A stretch of DNA of 64,000 bases, taken from sequence record MW822008.1; one strand, 5' to 3'. This stretch comes from Escherichia phage BF17. Positions 1 through 13,613 of the stretch are shown one piece after another. Position numbers and translations under genes: made by a program. Position 1 is the first letter of the stretch. Every line of letters starts with the position of its first letter. Under the pieces are notes generated by a model. The model did no database searches. It was not told where the DNA came from and saw nothing but the letters and a program-made list of their open reading frames with translations.

Positions 1-441
1 ATTGACAAGTCTGTAGCACTACTACGTTACCTACAGGTTACACGTCTACTATCAACATATTCTGTTCCAGTGTATTGTACTGTTGAATTTGCTACCCCAG
101 GCACAGCAGCAACTATTCCAACTGGTGCAACCATCAATGTTGGTTATATCAGCTACGAGCCATTCCTAAGCACTCTAAGTGTTGAAGAACAAGCTGCACT
201 AACCACTGTTGATCTTAAAACTGCTAAAGCAGCAGAAGTTATTCAAGAGTTGCTAAACGAATCCCTAAAAGGTGACGGTACTAACGCAATTGAGAATGAA
301 GAAATTTCTGTTCAGAAAACAATCCAACGTGTTAAAGATGCACTATCTACCACCACTGTTGATTTCATTGAGTACGAGAATGTGTACCTAAACGTACCTT
401 CTATTACTGATGCTTCTGTAGTTTCTTACGTAAAATTATAA
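1..441 (+). CDS. hypothetical protein, 5' end truncated by window edge
   Basis: Frame open from nt 1 to stop at 439-441; ORF-track 70..441 starts at internal GTG. Confidence 0.4.
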   Translation: MDKSVALLRYLQVTRLLSTYSVPVYCTVEFATPGTAATIPTGATINVGYISYEPFLSTLSVEEQAALTTVDLKTAKAAEVIQELLNESLKGDGTNAIENEEISVQKTIQRVKDALSTTTVDFIEYENVYLNVPSITDASVVSYVKL

Positions 442-464
442 TTTAACCACATGGAGTTCTTGAC

Positions 465-659
465 ATGACTGACAAAACCTTTTATGATCGTATTATTGAA
501 GACAAGGGTGTTTTCGATAAAGTTGTTTATGACTTAGAACTTATGATCAAAGACGCACCAAATCCACGCGTGCGTACTCAAGCAGAGTTTGCTAAAACTT
601 ATCTAGTGCAAGTTCAAGCAATCTGTGAAGCAATTAAAAAACATAATGATAGTGCTTGA
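465..659 (+). CDS. hypothetical small protein
   Basis: ORF track; ATG start, tight spacing to neighbours. Confidence 0.45.
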   Translation: MTDKTFYDRIIEDKGVFDKVVYDLELMIKDAPNPRVRTQAEFAKTYLVQVQAICEAIKKHNDSA

Positions 660-684
660 CAGAACATTAGTTCTTAACTATAAT
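656..684 (+). promoter_or_regulatory. sigma70-like early promoter (TTGACA-17-TATAAT)
   Basis: ttgaca 656-661, tataat 679-684, 17-nt spacer, upstream of 729 ORF. Confidence 0.6.
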
Positions 685-728
685 TACTATCGAATTGAAC
701 ATTAAAACCATATCGGAGCTTTTATTAC

Positions 729-1791
<1,063 letters not shown>

Positions 1792-1805
1792 CAGTATATA
1801 ACCTA

Positions 1806-3971
<2,166 letters not shown>

Positions 3972-3972
<1 letters not shown>

Positions 3973-4766
3973 TGCCAAGTAAAAGTAAAAGCCAAGCGAA
4001 ATTCTTCGCTGCTGCTGCCCATAATCCTGAATTCGCCAAAAAAGCAGGGATTTCACAAAGTGCAGCAAAAGAGTGGAATGCAGCCGATGAAAAAGAGGGA
4101 AATCTTAAGAAAGGTTCAAAACTCCCTAATAAAGTAAAAGAATCTAGTATGCGTGGTTTGGTTGATATTGTACAAGATGCAGAATTAGCTGATACAGAAG
4201 ACAGAACTAGTGATATAATGGATTCATGTGAAGAAGACCATAAAGAGAAATTGGAAGAAATGCCACAACGTTTCGATAGTTTCCAAGGCCAAGACCGTGA
4301 CGAGTTCGTTGACAAAACTGCCGAGATGACAGGTAAGCACAACATGGTTAAGTTCGCAGAACACAAAGATTATGATGTGTTTATGAATAAGAATGGTACT
4401 GGGTTTATTGCCTATGATAAAGCGGGTAAACAGCTTGCTATCGTTAGTGGACATTTGTCGAATGATGCAGTGGTTGGTGTACCACAAGTGTTTGAGATTT
4501 CTGCTACGGCCTCTAAAACTGGCACTAAAGGTATCATCTATAATATCTTTATGGATATGGTTTCTCATGGTATTAAAGTACTAAGTGACAGTCTTCACAC
4601 AGATGATGCAATTAAATTCTGGACCCGATTGATTGGTTCACACCAAGTCTACATTGTGGGTGGTGGTGAAGTACTGGCTAAGGCTAGTCCAGAGAAGGTT
4701 CACAAGTACTGGAGTGATGATGAATTTAGTCCTAGTGCTGAATTACAATTACTTCTGGTAAAATAA
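3972..4766 (+). CDS. hypothetical protein
   Basis: ORF track; ATG overlaps upstream stop (taATGcc). Confidence 0.55.
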
Positions 4767-4772
4767 TAATTG

Positions 4773-4802
4773 TCGGGACATTTAATGTCCCGATATTTTT
4801 TT
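4773..4802 (+). terminator. rho-independent terminator
   Basis: tcgggacatttaatgtcccga hairpin plus T-run. Confidence 0.7.
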
Positions 4803-4865
4803 GAGACAAACAAAGCATTGATGATACAATGTTGCATGACAAAGAGACATTAAAAAGGAATTCAA

Positions 4866-6830
4866 ATGGCTAAGAAAGAAAGTGCTGTTCTTCAGGAACA
4901 TGATGTACAACGTCTAAACGATTATCAACATGCTCGCTTACGTACTGAGATGTATCTGGGTTCACGTTCTGTTCACGAAAGTCAAGTACTGATCTTTGGT
5001 GAGTCTGGATATGAAGTTAAAAACGTTGAGTGGGTTCCTGCAATTCTAACTGCTACTCGTGAAATTATCGATAACAGCTTAGATGAATTTAAAAAAGCTG
5101 GAACAAAAGAGCCAGTACTCAAAGTTGATTTCAATGAAGAAGAGTTATCCTTTGAGATCAGTGATAATGGTCGTGGTATTCCAATTGACTATGTTCCTGA
5201 GTATCAGAAAAATCTATGTACAATGGTAATGACTGAAACTAAAACTGGTCGCAACTTTGATGACTCGAAGCGTGATGAAACAATCGGTCAGAATGGATTG
5301 GGTGGTTCAGTTGCAATGATTGTAAGTTCTAAAGCTGAACTTGAAATCCATCGCCAAGGTCGCCCGTATAAAACACAAAGTAGCAATGACGGATATGACG
5401 GTTTTTATAAGTTCAATCAGAAGTTCGAAGAAGGAACTATTATGTTTCCTGAACTTCATGTACATGAACCAACTATTCGTAAGGTTCAAGCAGATAAGAC
5501 TGGAACAACAATTCGCTTCACTCTGAGTTCTGAGGTATTTCCTAACCGTAAACTGCCAACCGAATTGTTATACAGTATTTTGAAAGAAATGTCTGCTGCT
5601 AACCCTACCTATAAGATTTTCCTTAACGGTAAGCGTATTGCAATTAAAGGAACTACTGAAAAAGCACTATTCAACGCATCTAAACTGATGCAATTGAACG
5701 TTAAAGATGAATCATTCAACTTTAACAGTACTTTCTACATTGTTCCTAATGCAGTATCGGGTATGAACAATAACTTCCATATGCATGGTTTGGTTAACAA
5801 TGCCCCAGCATTTGATGGTGGTACACATCTTGATACATTCAAGAAATTCTTCTCATTAGGAGTAGGAACTGCTCTAGAGAAAGAATCAAAGAAACGCAAG
5901 ATGAAACCTAACCGCTCTGATATTGAAGAAGGTCTGTTGATTTATAACGTAACAACGATGAAAGCACCATCATTCAACTCACAGATTAAATCAAAACTAA
6001 CCAACGAAAACGTTATTCGTCCAATTCAACAAGCGATGAATTCTGAATGGTTCGATGAATTAGTCAAGAAGAACAAAGAGTGGATTGATGAAATTTTTGA
6101 ACGCTGTGCTGCTCGTACCAACAAGAAAGATGCAGAAGAAGATCGCCGTCTAGCTAAAAAACTACTGAAAGGTAAAGTTGCAAAACTATTGGACAGTACA
6201 GGTACGGATCGTTCCAAATGCATCCTACTAATTGCTGAGGGTGATTCTGCTATTTCCAACATGGCGAGTGCTCGTGATCCTAAAGTTCATGGTATTCTAC
6301 CATTGCGTGGTAAAATTATGAACGTCAGTGGTAATGAGAAAACCAAAGAATTAATGGATTCAATGGCATTGCATGATATAATGGCGAGTATCAACCTGAT
6401 TCCTGGTGTAAAAGCGGAAAGAGCAGACCTTAACTATGGTAAGCTTTATATCTGTGCCGATGAAGATGAGGATGGAAAGAACATTGGTGCTTTAGTATGT
6501 AACTTCCTATACAAATTCTGGCCTGAACTATTCCAAGACCCAGAGAATCCATTTGTGTATATATTCAAAACACCATTCATCATTCTAGAGAAAGGTAAGG
6601 AATCCAAGTACTACTATGGTCATGATGTACATGAATACAACCCAGATGATTGGAAAGGTTGGAAAGCAACCCGTGCGAAAGGATTGGGTACGTTAGAAAA
6701 AGCAAACTTCCGTGATGCATTCACTAACAGTGTTACAGTAGCGATCACTGATGATGGACGTCTTGGTGAAACACTTGATTTGATTTTCAACAAGAAACGT
6801 GCAGATGATCGTAAGAACTGGATGGAATAA
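4866..6830 (+). CDS. 39: DNA topoisomerase II large subunit (GyrB-like ATPase plus Toprim; T4 gp39 and gp60 equivalent as a single ORF)
   Basis: GHKL box ISDNGRGIP; Toprim LLIAEGDSAISNMASARDPKVHGILPLRGKIMNV; ICADEDEDGKNIG. Confidence 0.85.
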   Translation: MAKKESAVLQEHDVQRLNDYQHARLRTEMYLGSRSVHESQVLIFGESGYEVKNVEWVPAILTATREIIDNSLDEFKKAGTKEPVLKVDFNEEELSFEISDNGRGIPIDYVPEYQKNLCTMVMTETKTGRNFDDSKRDETIGQNGLGGSVAMIVSSKAELEIHRQGRPYKTQSSNDGYDGFYKFNQKFEEGTIMFPELHVHEPTIRKVQADKTGTTIRFTLSSEVFPNRKLPTELLYSILKEMSAANPTYKIFLNGKRIAIKGTTEKALFNASKLMQLNVKDESFNFNSTFYIVPNAVSGMNNNFHMHGLVNNAPAFDGGTHLDTFKKFFSLGVGTALEKESKKRKMKPNRSDIEEGLLIYNVTTMKAPSFNSQIKSKLTNENVIRPIQQAMNSEWFDELVKKNKEWIDEIFERCAARTNKKDAEEDRRLAKKLLKGKVAKLLDSTGTDRSKCILLIAEGDSAISNMASARDPKVHGILPLRGKIMNVSGNEKTKELMDSMALHDIMASINLIPGVKAERADLNYGKLYICADEDEDGKNIGALVCNFLYKFWPELFQDPENPFVYIFKTPFIILEKGKESKYYYGHDVHEYNPDDWKGWKATRAKGLGTLEKANFRDAFTNSVTVAITDDGRLGETLDLIFNKKRADDRKNWME

Positions 6831-6841
6831 TATAGATTAAT

Positions 6842-6864
6842 GGGGAACATGGTGTTCCCCTTTT
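6842..6864 (+). terminator. rho-independent terminator
   Basis: ggggaacatggtgttcccc hairpin plus TTTT. Confidence 0.7.
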
Positions 6865-6880
6865 ACAAAGAGACAATGGA

Positions 6881-8293
6881 ATGGCTAAAAGTAAAAAAAC
6901 CGAAAATCAAAGCATCGATAACCAAACACTAACTCTACTAGATTATAACAGTTCTGATTATGTGAATACCACATCACTAGAATATTCAATGTACACACTA
7001 GACCGTGCAATCCCTGGGATTGATGGCCTTAAGAGTTCACAGCGTAAAGCAATCTTCACCCTCTCAAAAGTTAGTGGTGAAATCAAAACTGTATCATGTG
7101 CTGGTAAAATGATTAGTGATGGTATCTATCTACACGGTGATACATCTGCATCTGGTACTCTTCAGAACCTAGCATCACCAGTCGTAAACAACTACCCACT
7201 CATTGGTAAACGTGGTGGTTTTGGTACACAAGTAAACAGTACTCCAGCTTCTGCTCGTTATACTTATGTTAAAAAGAATAAAAGTACTGAAATGTTAGTA
7301 CTGCGTGACTCTGACATTATTCCAATGAAAGAGAACTATGATGGTACTACAATGGAACCAAGTTTCTTTTTACCTATTATCCCACTATCTTTGTTTGGTA
7401 ACGATAGTATGTCAGTAGGTTATAAGAGTACAATTCTACCACATAAGATTGAAGATGTTATTGATAACTGTATTCGTGCTATTGATAAAAAACCATTAAA
7501 AGAAATGACTCCATACTATGTTTCATGTGGTGCAAGTGATATCGTAACTAAGCTTGATGAAAACAAATATGAGTTCTATGGTAAAGCACAAGTAATTGAT
7601 GCCAGTACTGTTAAAGTAACAGGTCTACCACCTAACTACAGTATTGAGAAATTCATCGAGAAACTCATTAAGATGAGCGATGATGGTGATATTCGTGATT
7701 ATGATAATGATAGTACTGATGTTATTGATATTACAATCAAATTGCCACGCGGAACATCTGCTAAATGGGTGGAGAAAGATGTAATTGAATACTTTGGCAT
7801 TCATAAGAAGATGACACAAATCCTAACTGTTCTAGGTGAGAATGGTAAGGTTAAAGTCTATGATAACACAATGGATTTGATTAAGGACTTTGTTGAATTC
7901 CGTTTCAAATACTATGTGAAACGCTATGAGAAGAAACTTGATGATTGTGCTGCTGAAGTACGTTATAAGATTCTAATCAAAGAATGTTTTGATAATGATA
8001 TGATTGCTAAGGTTAAGGGTTTTGCTAACCGTTCAGAAATGGTTGAGTTTGTTAAATCATTAAACACTGAAATCGAAGCAACCGATGAGAATATTCAAAG
8101 CATCGTAAACTTCCCATCATATCGTTGGACCCAAGACAATTATCAATCAGTACTAGCTGATATTCAACATAACTTGGATTTAATGGATGAATATAACAAT
8201 CTCCTGTCGAATCATGATTTGATTTGGAACATCTATAAAGATGAGTTGAAAGAACTACGTAAGATTGACTTCACGCCAAAAACTGAAGATTGA
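6881..8293 (+). CDS. 52: DNA topoisomerase II medium subunit (GyrA-like breakage-reunion domain; T4 gp52-like)
   Basis: N-terminal YSMYTLDRAIPGIDGLKSSQRKAIF resembles GyrA [24 protein letters not shown]; follows gp39-like gene. Confidence 0.75.
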   Translation: MAKSKKTENQSIDNQTLTLLDYNSSDYVNTTSLEYSMYTLDRAIPGIDGLKSSQRKAIFTLSKVSGEIKTVSCAGKMISDGIYLHGDTSASGTLQNLASPVVNNYPLIGKRGGFGTQVNSTPASARYTYVKKNKSTEMLVLRDSDIIPMKENYDGTTMEPSFFLPIIPLSLFGNDSMSVGYKSTILPHKIEDVIDNCIRAIDKKPLKEMTPYYVSCGASDIVTKLDENKYEFYGKAQVIDASTVKVTGLPPNYSIEKFIEKLIKMSDDGDIRDYDNDSTDVIDITIKLPRGTSAKWVEKDVIEYFGIHKKMTQILTVLGENGKVKVYDNTMDLIKDFVEFRFKYYVKRYEKKLDDCAAEVRYKILIKECFDNDMIAKVKGFANRSEMVEFVKSLNTEIEATDENIQSIVNFPSYRWTQDNYQSVLADIQHNLDLMDEYNNLLSNHDLIWNIYKDELKELRKIDFTPKTED

Positions 8294-8302
8294 TTATAAA
8301 CA

Positions 8303-8334
8303 GGGAAGACCTTTGTGGGTCTTCCTTGTCCTTT
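8303..8334 (+). terminator. rho-independent terminator
   Basis: ggaagacc tttgt gggtcttcc hairpin then T-rich. Confidence 0.6.
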
Positions 8335-8335
8335 A

Positions 8336-8343
8336 TATAAATA
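8336..8343 (+). promoter_or_regulatory. T4-type late promoter box TATAAATA
   Basis: Only perfect TATAAATA found by eye in the window, about 39 nt upstream of ATG 8382. Confidence 0.5.
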
Positions 8344-8381
8344 ATCTATAGATAATGGTAGCTTGGCTATGGAGAATTATA

Positions 8382-10778
8382 ATGACAACTTTTACCCCTA
8401 GATGGGATATAAAAGCCGATGCTCGATATATACAAGAAGGACAAGACATTCTTGTGCGTTTGAGTATCAACAAAGAAACCACAACGGATGATAGTTATAT
8501 ACTTAATGAAAACGAATACTTAGAGATGATTCTAACTATTCAGGGTTTGGACAGTTCTGATGCAGTATTTCAACCAGAAGATCACTACGCAGTGTATGTT
8601 GGTAATGATGAATCTAATCTCACACCTATATCATCAGGTATTACTGGTAACAAGTTGATTAATGGTAAGCACAAATGTAAAATTGATAAAACTCAATTTG
8701 ATCTATCGGCAAGCACTAATACCGAAGATGTTTATTTTATTAAATTGCATTGTAAAGATGATGGTACATTTAACAACTCTGAACAGATTAACTTCTATCT
8801 TCAAGCAGTAAATGTTATGTACTATGGTAACATTTCCCCTAGTGGTGAAATTGGTTCAAATGAAGTAACAATTGAATATGATAGTCAGGAAGTGTGGGTT
8901 ACTCCTGGAATCGAAATCGGTGATGATGACAAATTATATTGTATTGGTGATATTGAATACGGTTCCAACAGTACTTTATTTGTACAGGGATTTGGTCGTC
9001 GTCGTCCATTTATTTTAGGAACGGATACATCAACTGACCTATCTCCTAGAGTATTTTATCCAGCGTATCGTCTACTCGATATGACCCCAGCAGAAGTTCC
9101 TGCTCGCCACATTACTGATGATTATGCAATCCTACGTCCTATTGATAATATATGGCCTGTATTTGGTATTAATAAAGAAATTAAGGTTAATATTCAAACT
9201 AGCTCTGGGGAGTTACTAGATTCAGGATTGGTTTTCAACCCAAATGGACAATTTCTGCAAACATTCCTATATGACTCTGATGCATGTGATGCATATTTCA
9301 AAGTTGAAATTGTTGATATTTTGAGTACATATAGTTATGACACTGACCGCTTCGCTATAAACCAACGTTTCAAAGCATATCAAATGTGGGTATGTCCAGA
9401 CAATGTAGATGGTATATACGCTGATGGTGATAAACCTTTACCTAATCATTTGTATCAGTTGAAAGATAACGTTGTATATCCATATGTAATCTCTGGTGAA
9501 TATGATCTAGGTGAAACAAAGCCAGTGTTTAAAAGTTCAGATTGGATTGATTTAGGATATTATGATTCAAGCTTAGGTGAGAATATTATAGGTGAAGAGA
9601 AGATGTTCCGTGTTCTAGTGAACGCAGAAGAAGGAAACTCAATAGACTTCACAACTGATAGTGATTTAGGTAGTATTCATGTGGGTGAATATTTCGGTCA
9701 CAGTACTTATCCACAAATACAAACTACCAGTACTAATCAGGTATCTTATGTATTAGATGGTGGACCTGATGATATTCGCAAATATGGTTTGGACCTCACC
9801 GCAGATGGGTTCTTGGTCGGGACGGCATATGCAAAAAGTTTAGATTTCAGTGCAAATGATGATATAAAATTAGAATTCAATATCAAAGCATATGACACTG
9901 AAGGTGGTGTTGCGTCCAAGTTATTTAAACTGAAAATTGTACGTGGTTTTGGACAAAACTACTTAAGTGCACATATTGTACCTTCTGTTTATTTTGAACG
10001 TGAATGGTTTAAGTGTATTAGTACACCATCATTTACAAAACAAGCTTTCCATCGTCAATCAGATGATAGATACGGGTTACAAAAAGTACCACGTATTCTA
10101 TTAAAAGAAAACTTTTTGAGTCAGAACTATACTTACACTACGTTGAGTGATATTAAAAAAGTACTTAGGGAAAATATCATAAACCAAACTGGTGCAACTA
10201 TACCTGATGGAAAATTTAGAATGGTAATAGGCAACTATAAAGTAATGTCAGCACTTGACAACCAAGGTAACTTACAGTATGATATATTATACCGTGAAGT
10301 TTTACCAGCAGGTTCATTGGTGTCGGTTTCTAAGAATCCAAGAAGTTACACGCAAATTGATAACGGAACACTCGGTGAAATATTTGGCTTGCGTCAAAAT
10401 ATTTTTGCAGCAATTGGCGAAGACACAACTAACCTTGTGAAAGACCCAACTGATTTACAGAACCGTGGTTTGTATGTAGATGCTATACCTGGAATTTCTG
10501 ATGAGATGCTAGATACTGTTCCTCGCTTCATGAATCACCCATACGAAGAAGATGGAGTTAAAAAGAAATTCATGCCAATCATTCCAGTTGCATACTGTGC
10601 ACCAGGAAAGGGTGAAGCATTCTTTAACACTTTACTTCAGAACAATGAACATGGTAAGATGGTTGGTGTTGAGTTTGAAATCACAGGAGTTGAATTTGGA
10701 TTCTTTGCACATGAATTCGAAAACTACGTTCATGATACATTTTTGATTTCATTACAAAACAGCAATTTAGGAGGATGA
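8382..10778 (+). CDS. large hypothetical protein, probably late/structural
   Basis: ORF track 8355..10778; ATG 8382 preferred because of RBS ggag at 8371-8374; late promoter box upstream. Confidence 0.6.
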   Translation: MTTFTPRWDIKADARYIQEGQDILVRLSINKETTTDDSYILNENEYLEMILTIQGLDSSDAVFQPEDHYAVYVGNDESNLTPISSGITGNKLINGKHKCKIDKTQFDLSASTNTEDVYFIKLHCKDDGTFNNSEQINFYLQAVNVMYYGNISPSGEIGSNEVTIEYDSQEVWVTPGIEIGDDDKLYCIGDIEYGSNSTLFVQGFGRRRPFILGTDTSTDLSPRVFYPAYRLLDMTPAEVPARHITDDYAILRPIDNIWPVFGINKEIKVNIQTSSGELLDSGLVFNPNGQFLQTFLYDSDACDAYFKVEIVDILSTYSYDTDRFAINQRFKAYQMWVCPDNVDGIYADGDKPLPNHLYQLKDNVVYPYVISGEYDLGETKPVFKSSDWIDLGYYDSSLGENIIGEEKMFRVLVNAEEGNSIDFTTDSDLGSIHVGEYFGHSTYPQIQTTSTNQVSYVLDGGPDDIRKYGLDLTADGFLVGTAYAKSLDFSANDDIKLEFNIKAYDTEGGVASKLFKLKIVRGFGQNYLSAHIVPSVYFEREWFKCISTPSFTKQAFHRQSDDRYGLQKVPRILLKENFLSQNYTYTTLSDIKKVLRENIINQTGATIPDGKFRMVIGNYKVMSALDNQGNLQYDILYREVLPAGSLVSVSKNPRSYTQIDNGTLGEIFGLRQNIFAAIGEDTTNLVKDPTDLQNRGLYVDAIPGISDEMLDTVPRFMNHPYEEDGVKKKFMPIIPVAYCAPGKGEAFFNTLLQNNEHGKMVGVEFEITGVEFGFFAHEFENYVHDTFLISLQNSNLGG

Positions 10779-10779
10779 T

Positions 10780-11091
10780 ATGTTCAATCCATTTTTTGAT
10801 CCATCAACCATGACCGAGAAAGAGTTACAATTGAAAATTAACGAACAATCGATGCGTATTACGTCTGCTCGTGCAGCAGGTATGAGTGATATGATTGTTG
10901 GTAACATGCAAACCGTTCTGAATCAGTGCTATGCTGAATTAGAGATTCGTCAGGGACAAAAAGAAAAAACCTCCTATGATGAGCAAGACCCATGTGTATT
11001 TGACATGAACTCTTACTTAACGGATAACGAAGAGGATCAGAAGAAGAAAAATGAAAGTACAAGGAAACAGATTTATAAGTCCCAATGGTGA
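10780..11091 (+). CDS. hypothetical protein
   Basis: ORF track; RBS aggagg before ATG. Confidence 0.5.
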   Translation: MFNPFFDPSTMTEKELQLKINEQSMRITSARAAGMSDMIVGNMQTVLNQCYAELEIRQGQKEKTSYDEQDPCVFDMNSYLTDNEEDQKKKNESTRKQIYKSQW

Positions 11092-11569
11092 TGTAAAATG
11101 TAACCTTAATGCAGTCGTGTATGCAATCAACTGTGGTGCAGATATTCAGTACTTACAGCTACAGGAGATTGATGAACCGGAACGATTGAAATTTAACGAT
11201 AATTGTAAAAAATTTGGTTTAGAACAGCGTATGCTGGATTATACAATAGAACATGATAAAAACCATGAACTATGGCGTTATGATCCAGTGTACGATAACA
11301 TCAACTTGCGTGAGTACTTTTTACAGAAATGTACATCGGATGAAGCCCGTGAACGTGTAATGTATGAGATTGATTTGTTTGAACATTACAACATGACTAA
11401 GCTTTTAAGATGTATGATCTGGTTAGTTGATTATATGGAAGAGCACAATATTTTTTGGGGTCTTGGGCGTGGTAGTTCAGTGGCTTCGTATTGTTTGTTC
11501 CTGATTGATTTGCATATGGTTGATTCTTTGAAGTATAAACTAGATGTAAATGAATTTTTGAAATGGTAG
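11051..11569 (+). CDS. hypothetical protein with DnaE (Pol III alpha) palm-like segment
   Basis: C-terminal WGLGRGSSVASYCLFLIDLHMVDSLKYKLDVNEFL resembles DnaE [35 protein letters not shown]; true start uncertain. Confidence 0.4.
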   Translation: MKVQGNRFISPNGDVKCNLNAVVYAINCGADIQYLQLQEIDEPERLKFNDNCKKFGLEQRMLDYTIEHDKNHELWRYDPVYDNINLREYFLQKCTSDEARERVMYEIDLFEHYNMTKLLRCMIWLVDYMEEHNIFWGLGRGSSVASYCLFLIDLHMVDSLKYKLDVNEFLKW

Positions 11570-11632
11570 AAAAACATGTGATATAATGTTGTTTGAGGCG
11601 TTATATCACTCACATAGAAAAAGGATTTTTAT

Positions 11633-11977
11633 ATGTCAAAACACACAACTTATCGTGGAACCACCATTGATATGGATATGCTAAAGTATCAAAACCAGCA
11701 CAAAGTAGCACTAGGTAATGCAAACCTAAATGCTCGTGGTGATAAGATTGGTTCGGGTGGAACGGTCATTAAAACCCGTGAAGAACTAATCCAAGAAAAA
11801 GAACGTGAAATGCAAATTCCTGATTTCATTCCTGAACACCAACTTCACAGTGCTGAATATAGTACTGAAGAAGTATGGGATGATGAAAGCTTTGAAGTTC
11901 AACCACAAGAACCAGAAGTTGAAGTATCTGAAGAGAAGAAAGCTCCACGCAGAGCAAAAACTAAAGATCAGGAGTGA
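11633..11977 (+). CDS. hypothetical acidic protein
   Basis: ORF track; RBS aaaagga upstream. Confidence 0.5.
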   Translation: MSKHTTYRGTTIDMDMLKYQNQHKVALGNANLNARGDKIGSGGTVIKTREELIQEKEREMQIPDFIPEHQLHSAEYSTEEVWDDESFEVQPQEPEVEVSEEKKAPRRAKTKDQE

Positions 11978-11980
11978 TTC

Positions 11981-12307
11981 ATGACCAATAAAGTAATGAC
12001 AGCTTGTAAAGGTAAAGTTATTGTAACTGAACTAGAACATGGTGAGCGTAAAACCGCAGGTGGTATTGTACTGACAAGTGATGATGGTAAGATACGTGGT
12101 ATTCGTTGTCGTTGGGCTAAAGTATATTCTGTTGGTGAAGACATTACCGATATCAAAGAAGGACAATGGATTCTAATTGACCACGGTCGTTGGTCGAGAA
12201 CTATTGAGATTGATGGTATTAAAATGAATCTCGTGGATTATCCAGCAGCAGTAAGTTTGGTATCTGACACTGATCCACGCATCTCTGCTCAAACATTTGG
12301 TCGTTAA
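11981..12307 (+). CDS. 31: GroES-like co-chaperonin (T4 gp31 analog)
   Basis: KTAGGIVLT motif and GroES-like length and layout. Confidence 0.55.
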   Translation: MTNKVMTACKGKVIVTELEHGERKTAGGIVLTSDDGKIRGIRCRWAKVYSVGEDITDIKEGQWILIDHGRWSRTIEIDGIKMNLVDYPAAVSLVSDTDPRISAQTFGR

Positions 12308-12318
12308 AACATAAATCT

Positions 12319-12350
12319 AAAGCTCGGATATATTATCTGGGCTTTTTATT
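12319..12350 (+). terminator. terminator-like hairpin
   Basis: agctcggatatattatctgggctt then TTTTT; G-U pairs in stem. Confidence 0.45.
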
Positions 12351-12363
12351 TGGATGAAAATAC

Positions 12364-12633
12364 ATGATAACTGATGATGGAAAATATAGTTTTTCTGACG
12401 TTACGTTAGTTTCTAAAAATGGACGATTTATGTTTGAAGATAGAACTAACACGAAGTACGTATATGAAGTTTCTCATGATATGTTTAAGTACTTACTTAT
12501 CGTATCAGCCCAGGCCGAAGCAATGGGCGTGAAGAACAAAGCAAACTCATTTAATTTTTTGTTTAATCAACTTGAAATGACAGAAGACTTATTCACTGCA
12601 TTGTTGTATGATTATGCAGATTGGATTTCATAA
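12364..12633 (+). CDS. hypothetical protein
   Basis: ORF track. Confidence 0.45.
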   Translation: MITDDGKYSFSDVTLVSKNGRFMFEDRTNTKYVYEVSHDMFKYLLIVSAQAEAMGVKNKANSFNFLFNQLEMTEDLFTALLYDYADWIS

Positions 12634-12659
12634 ACACCTAATATACAAGGAAATAAAAC

Positions 12660-13613
12660 ATGACTACATTATGGACTGAAAAATACCGCCCACTAACTAT
12701 GGAAGATTATGTATCTAAGAACGAAGCCCTACGTCAGAAGATGGAAGAATGGATTCGTACTGGTGATATCCCACATATTGGATTTTTTGGACCAGCAGGG
12801 ACAGGTAAAACTTCAGCAATCAAAGTACTACTGAATGGTCTGGAAGCTAACGGACACCTTGACCCTAGTGATGTAACAACACTGAATATGTCAGATGAAG
12901 GTATCGATGCTGTTCGTGATAAAATTGACGCAGCAGCAAAACTATCATGTTTTGGTCGTTATCGTGTATTTGTTCTGGAAGAAATGGAACAAATGAACCA
13001 CAAAGCACAGGGTAGCTTGAAACGTGTCATGGAAGATTACCATGAAAATGCTCGTTTCATTCTTACCAGTAATGAACCACATAAGATTCAGAAACCTATT
13101 ATCTCGCGTGTTCAGGTCATCACCATTGAGAAGCATGATATGGAACAATTTATGTCACGCATCTACAACGTACTATTAGCAGAAGGAGTAGATCTAAGTA
13201 CTGATGAAAGTATTGAGCAAGTACAAAAATACATCAATGCTTCATATCCTGATTTCCGCAAAACGCTAAACGTATTGCAAAGTTCAGTAGTCGATGGTAA
13301 ACTTGTAAAACTAGAAGACAGTATTGAGAACTCTGCTGGGTATCGTACTGCCATTATTGATGCACTAAAAGCTGGTAACATTCGTCAAATGCGTGAGCAG
13401 ATCGTGCAAAACATTCCTGATGATGAGATGGATGCATTCTTCTCTTATCTGTATCGTAATGCAGAAATGTTCAGTACTGATGAAATTACTCTAATGAAAA
13501 TTAAGGTTAAGATTCGTGACGCTGTTGTTAAACAAGCTACCGTGTCTGACCGTGAAATGAATCTCAGTGCATTACTGTGTGAGATTGACCTAATCTGTTC
13601 GGGGAACATGTAA
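12660..13613 (+). CDS. 44: clamp loader ATPase subunit (RFC small subunit / T4 gp44-like AAA+)
   Basis: N-terminal WTEKYRP, Walker A GPAGTGKTS, SYPDFRKTL matching gp44 NFPDFRKTI. Confidence 0.8.
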   Translation: MTTLWTEKYRPLTMEDYVSKNEALRQKMEEWIRTGDIPHIGFFGPAGTGKTSAIKVLLNGLEANGHLDPSDVTTLNMSDEGIDAVRDKIDAAAKLSCFGRYRVFVLEEMEQMNHKAQGSLKRVMEDYHENARFILTSNEPHKIQKPIISRVQVITIEKHDMEQFMSRIYNVLLAEGVDLSTDESIEQVQKYINASYPDFRKTLNVLQSSVVDGKLVKLEDSIENSAGYRTAIIDALKAGNIRQMREQIVQNIPDDEMDAFFSYLYRNAEMFSTDEITLMKIKVKIRDAVVKQATVSDREMNLSALLCEIDLICSGNM

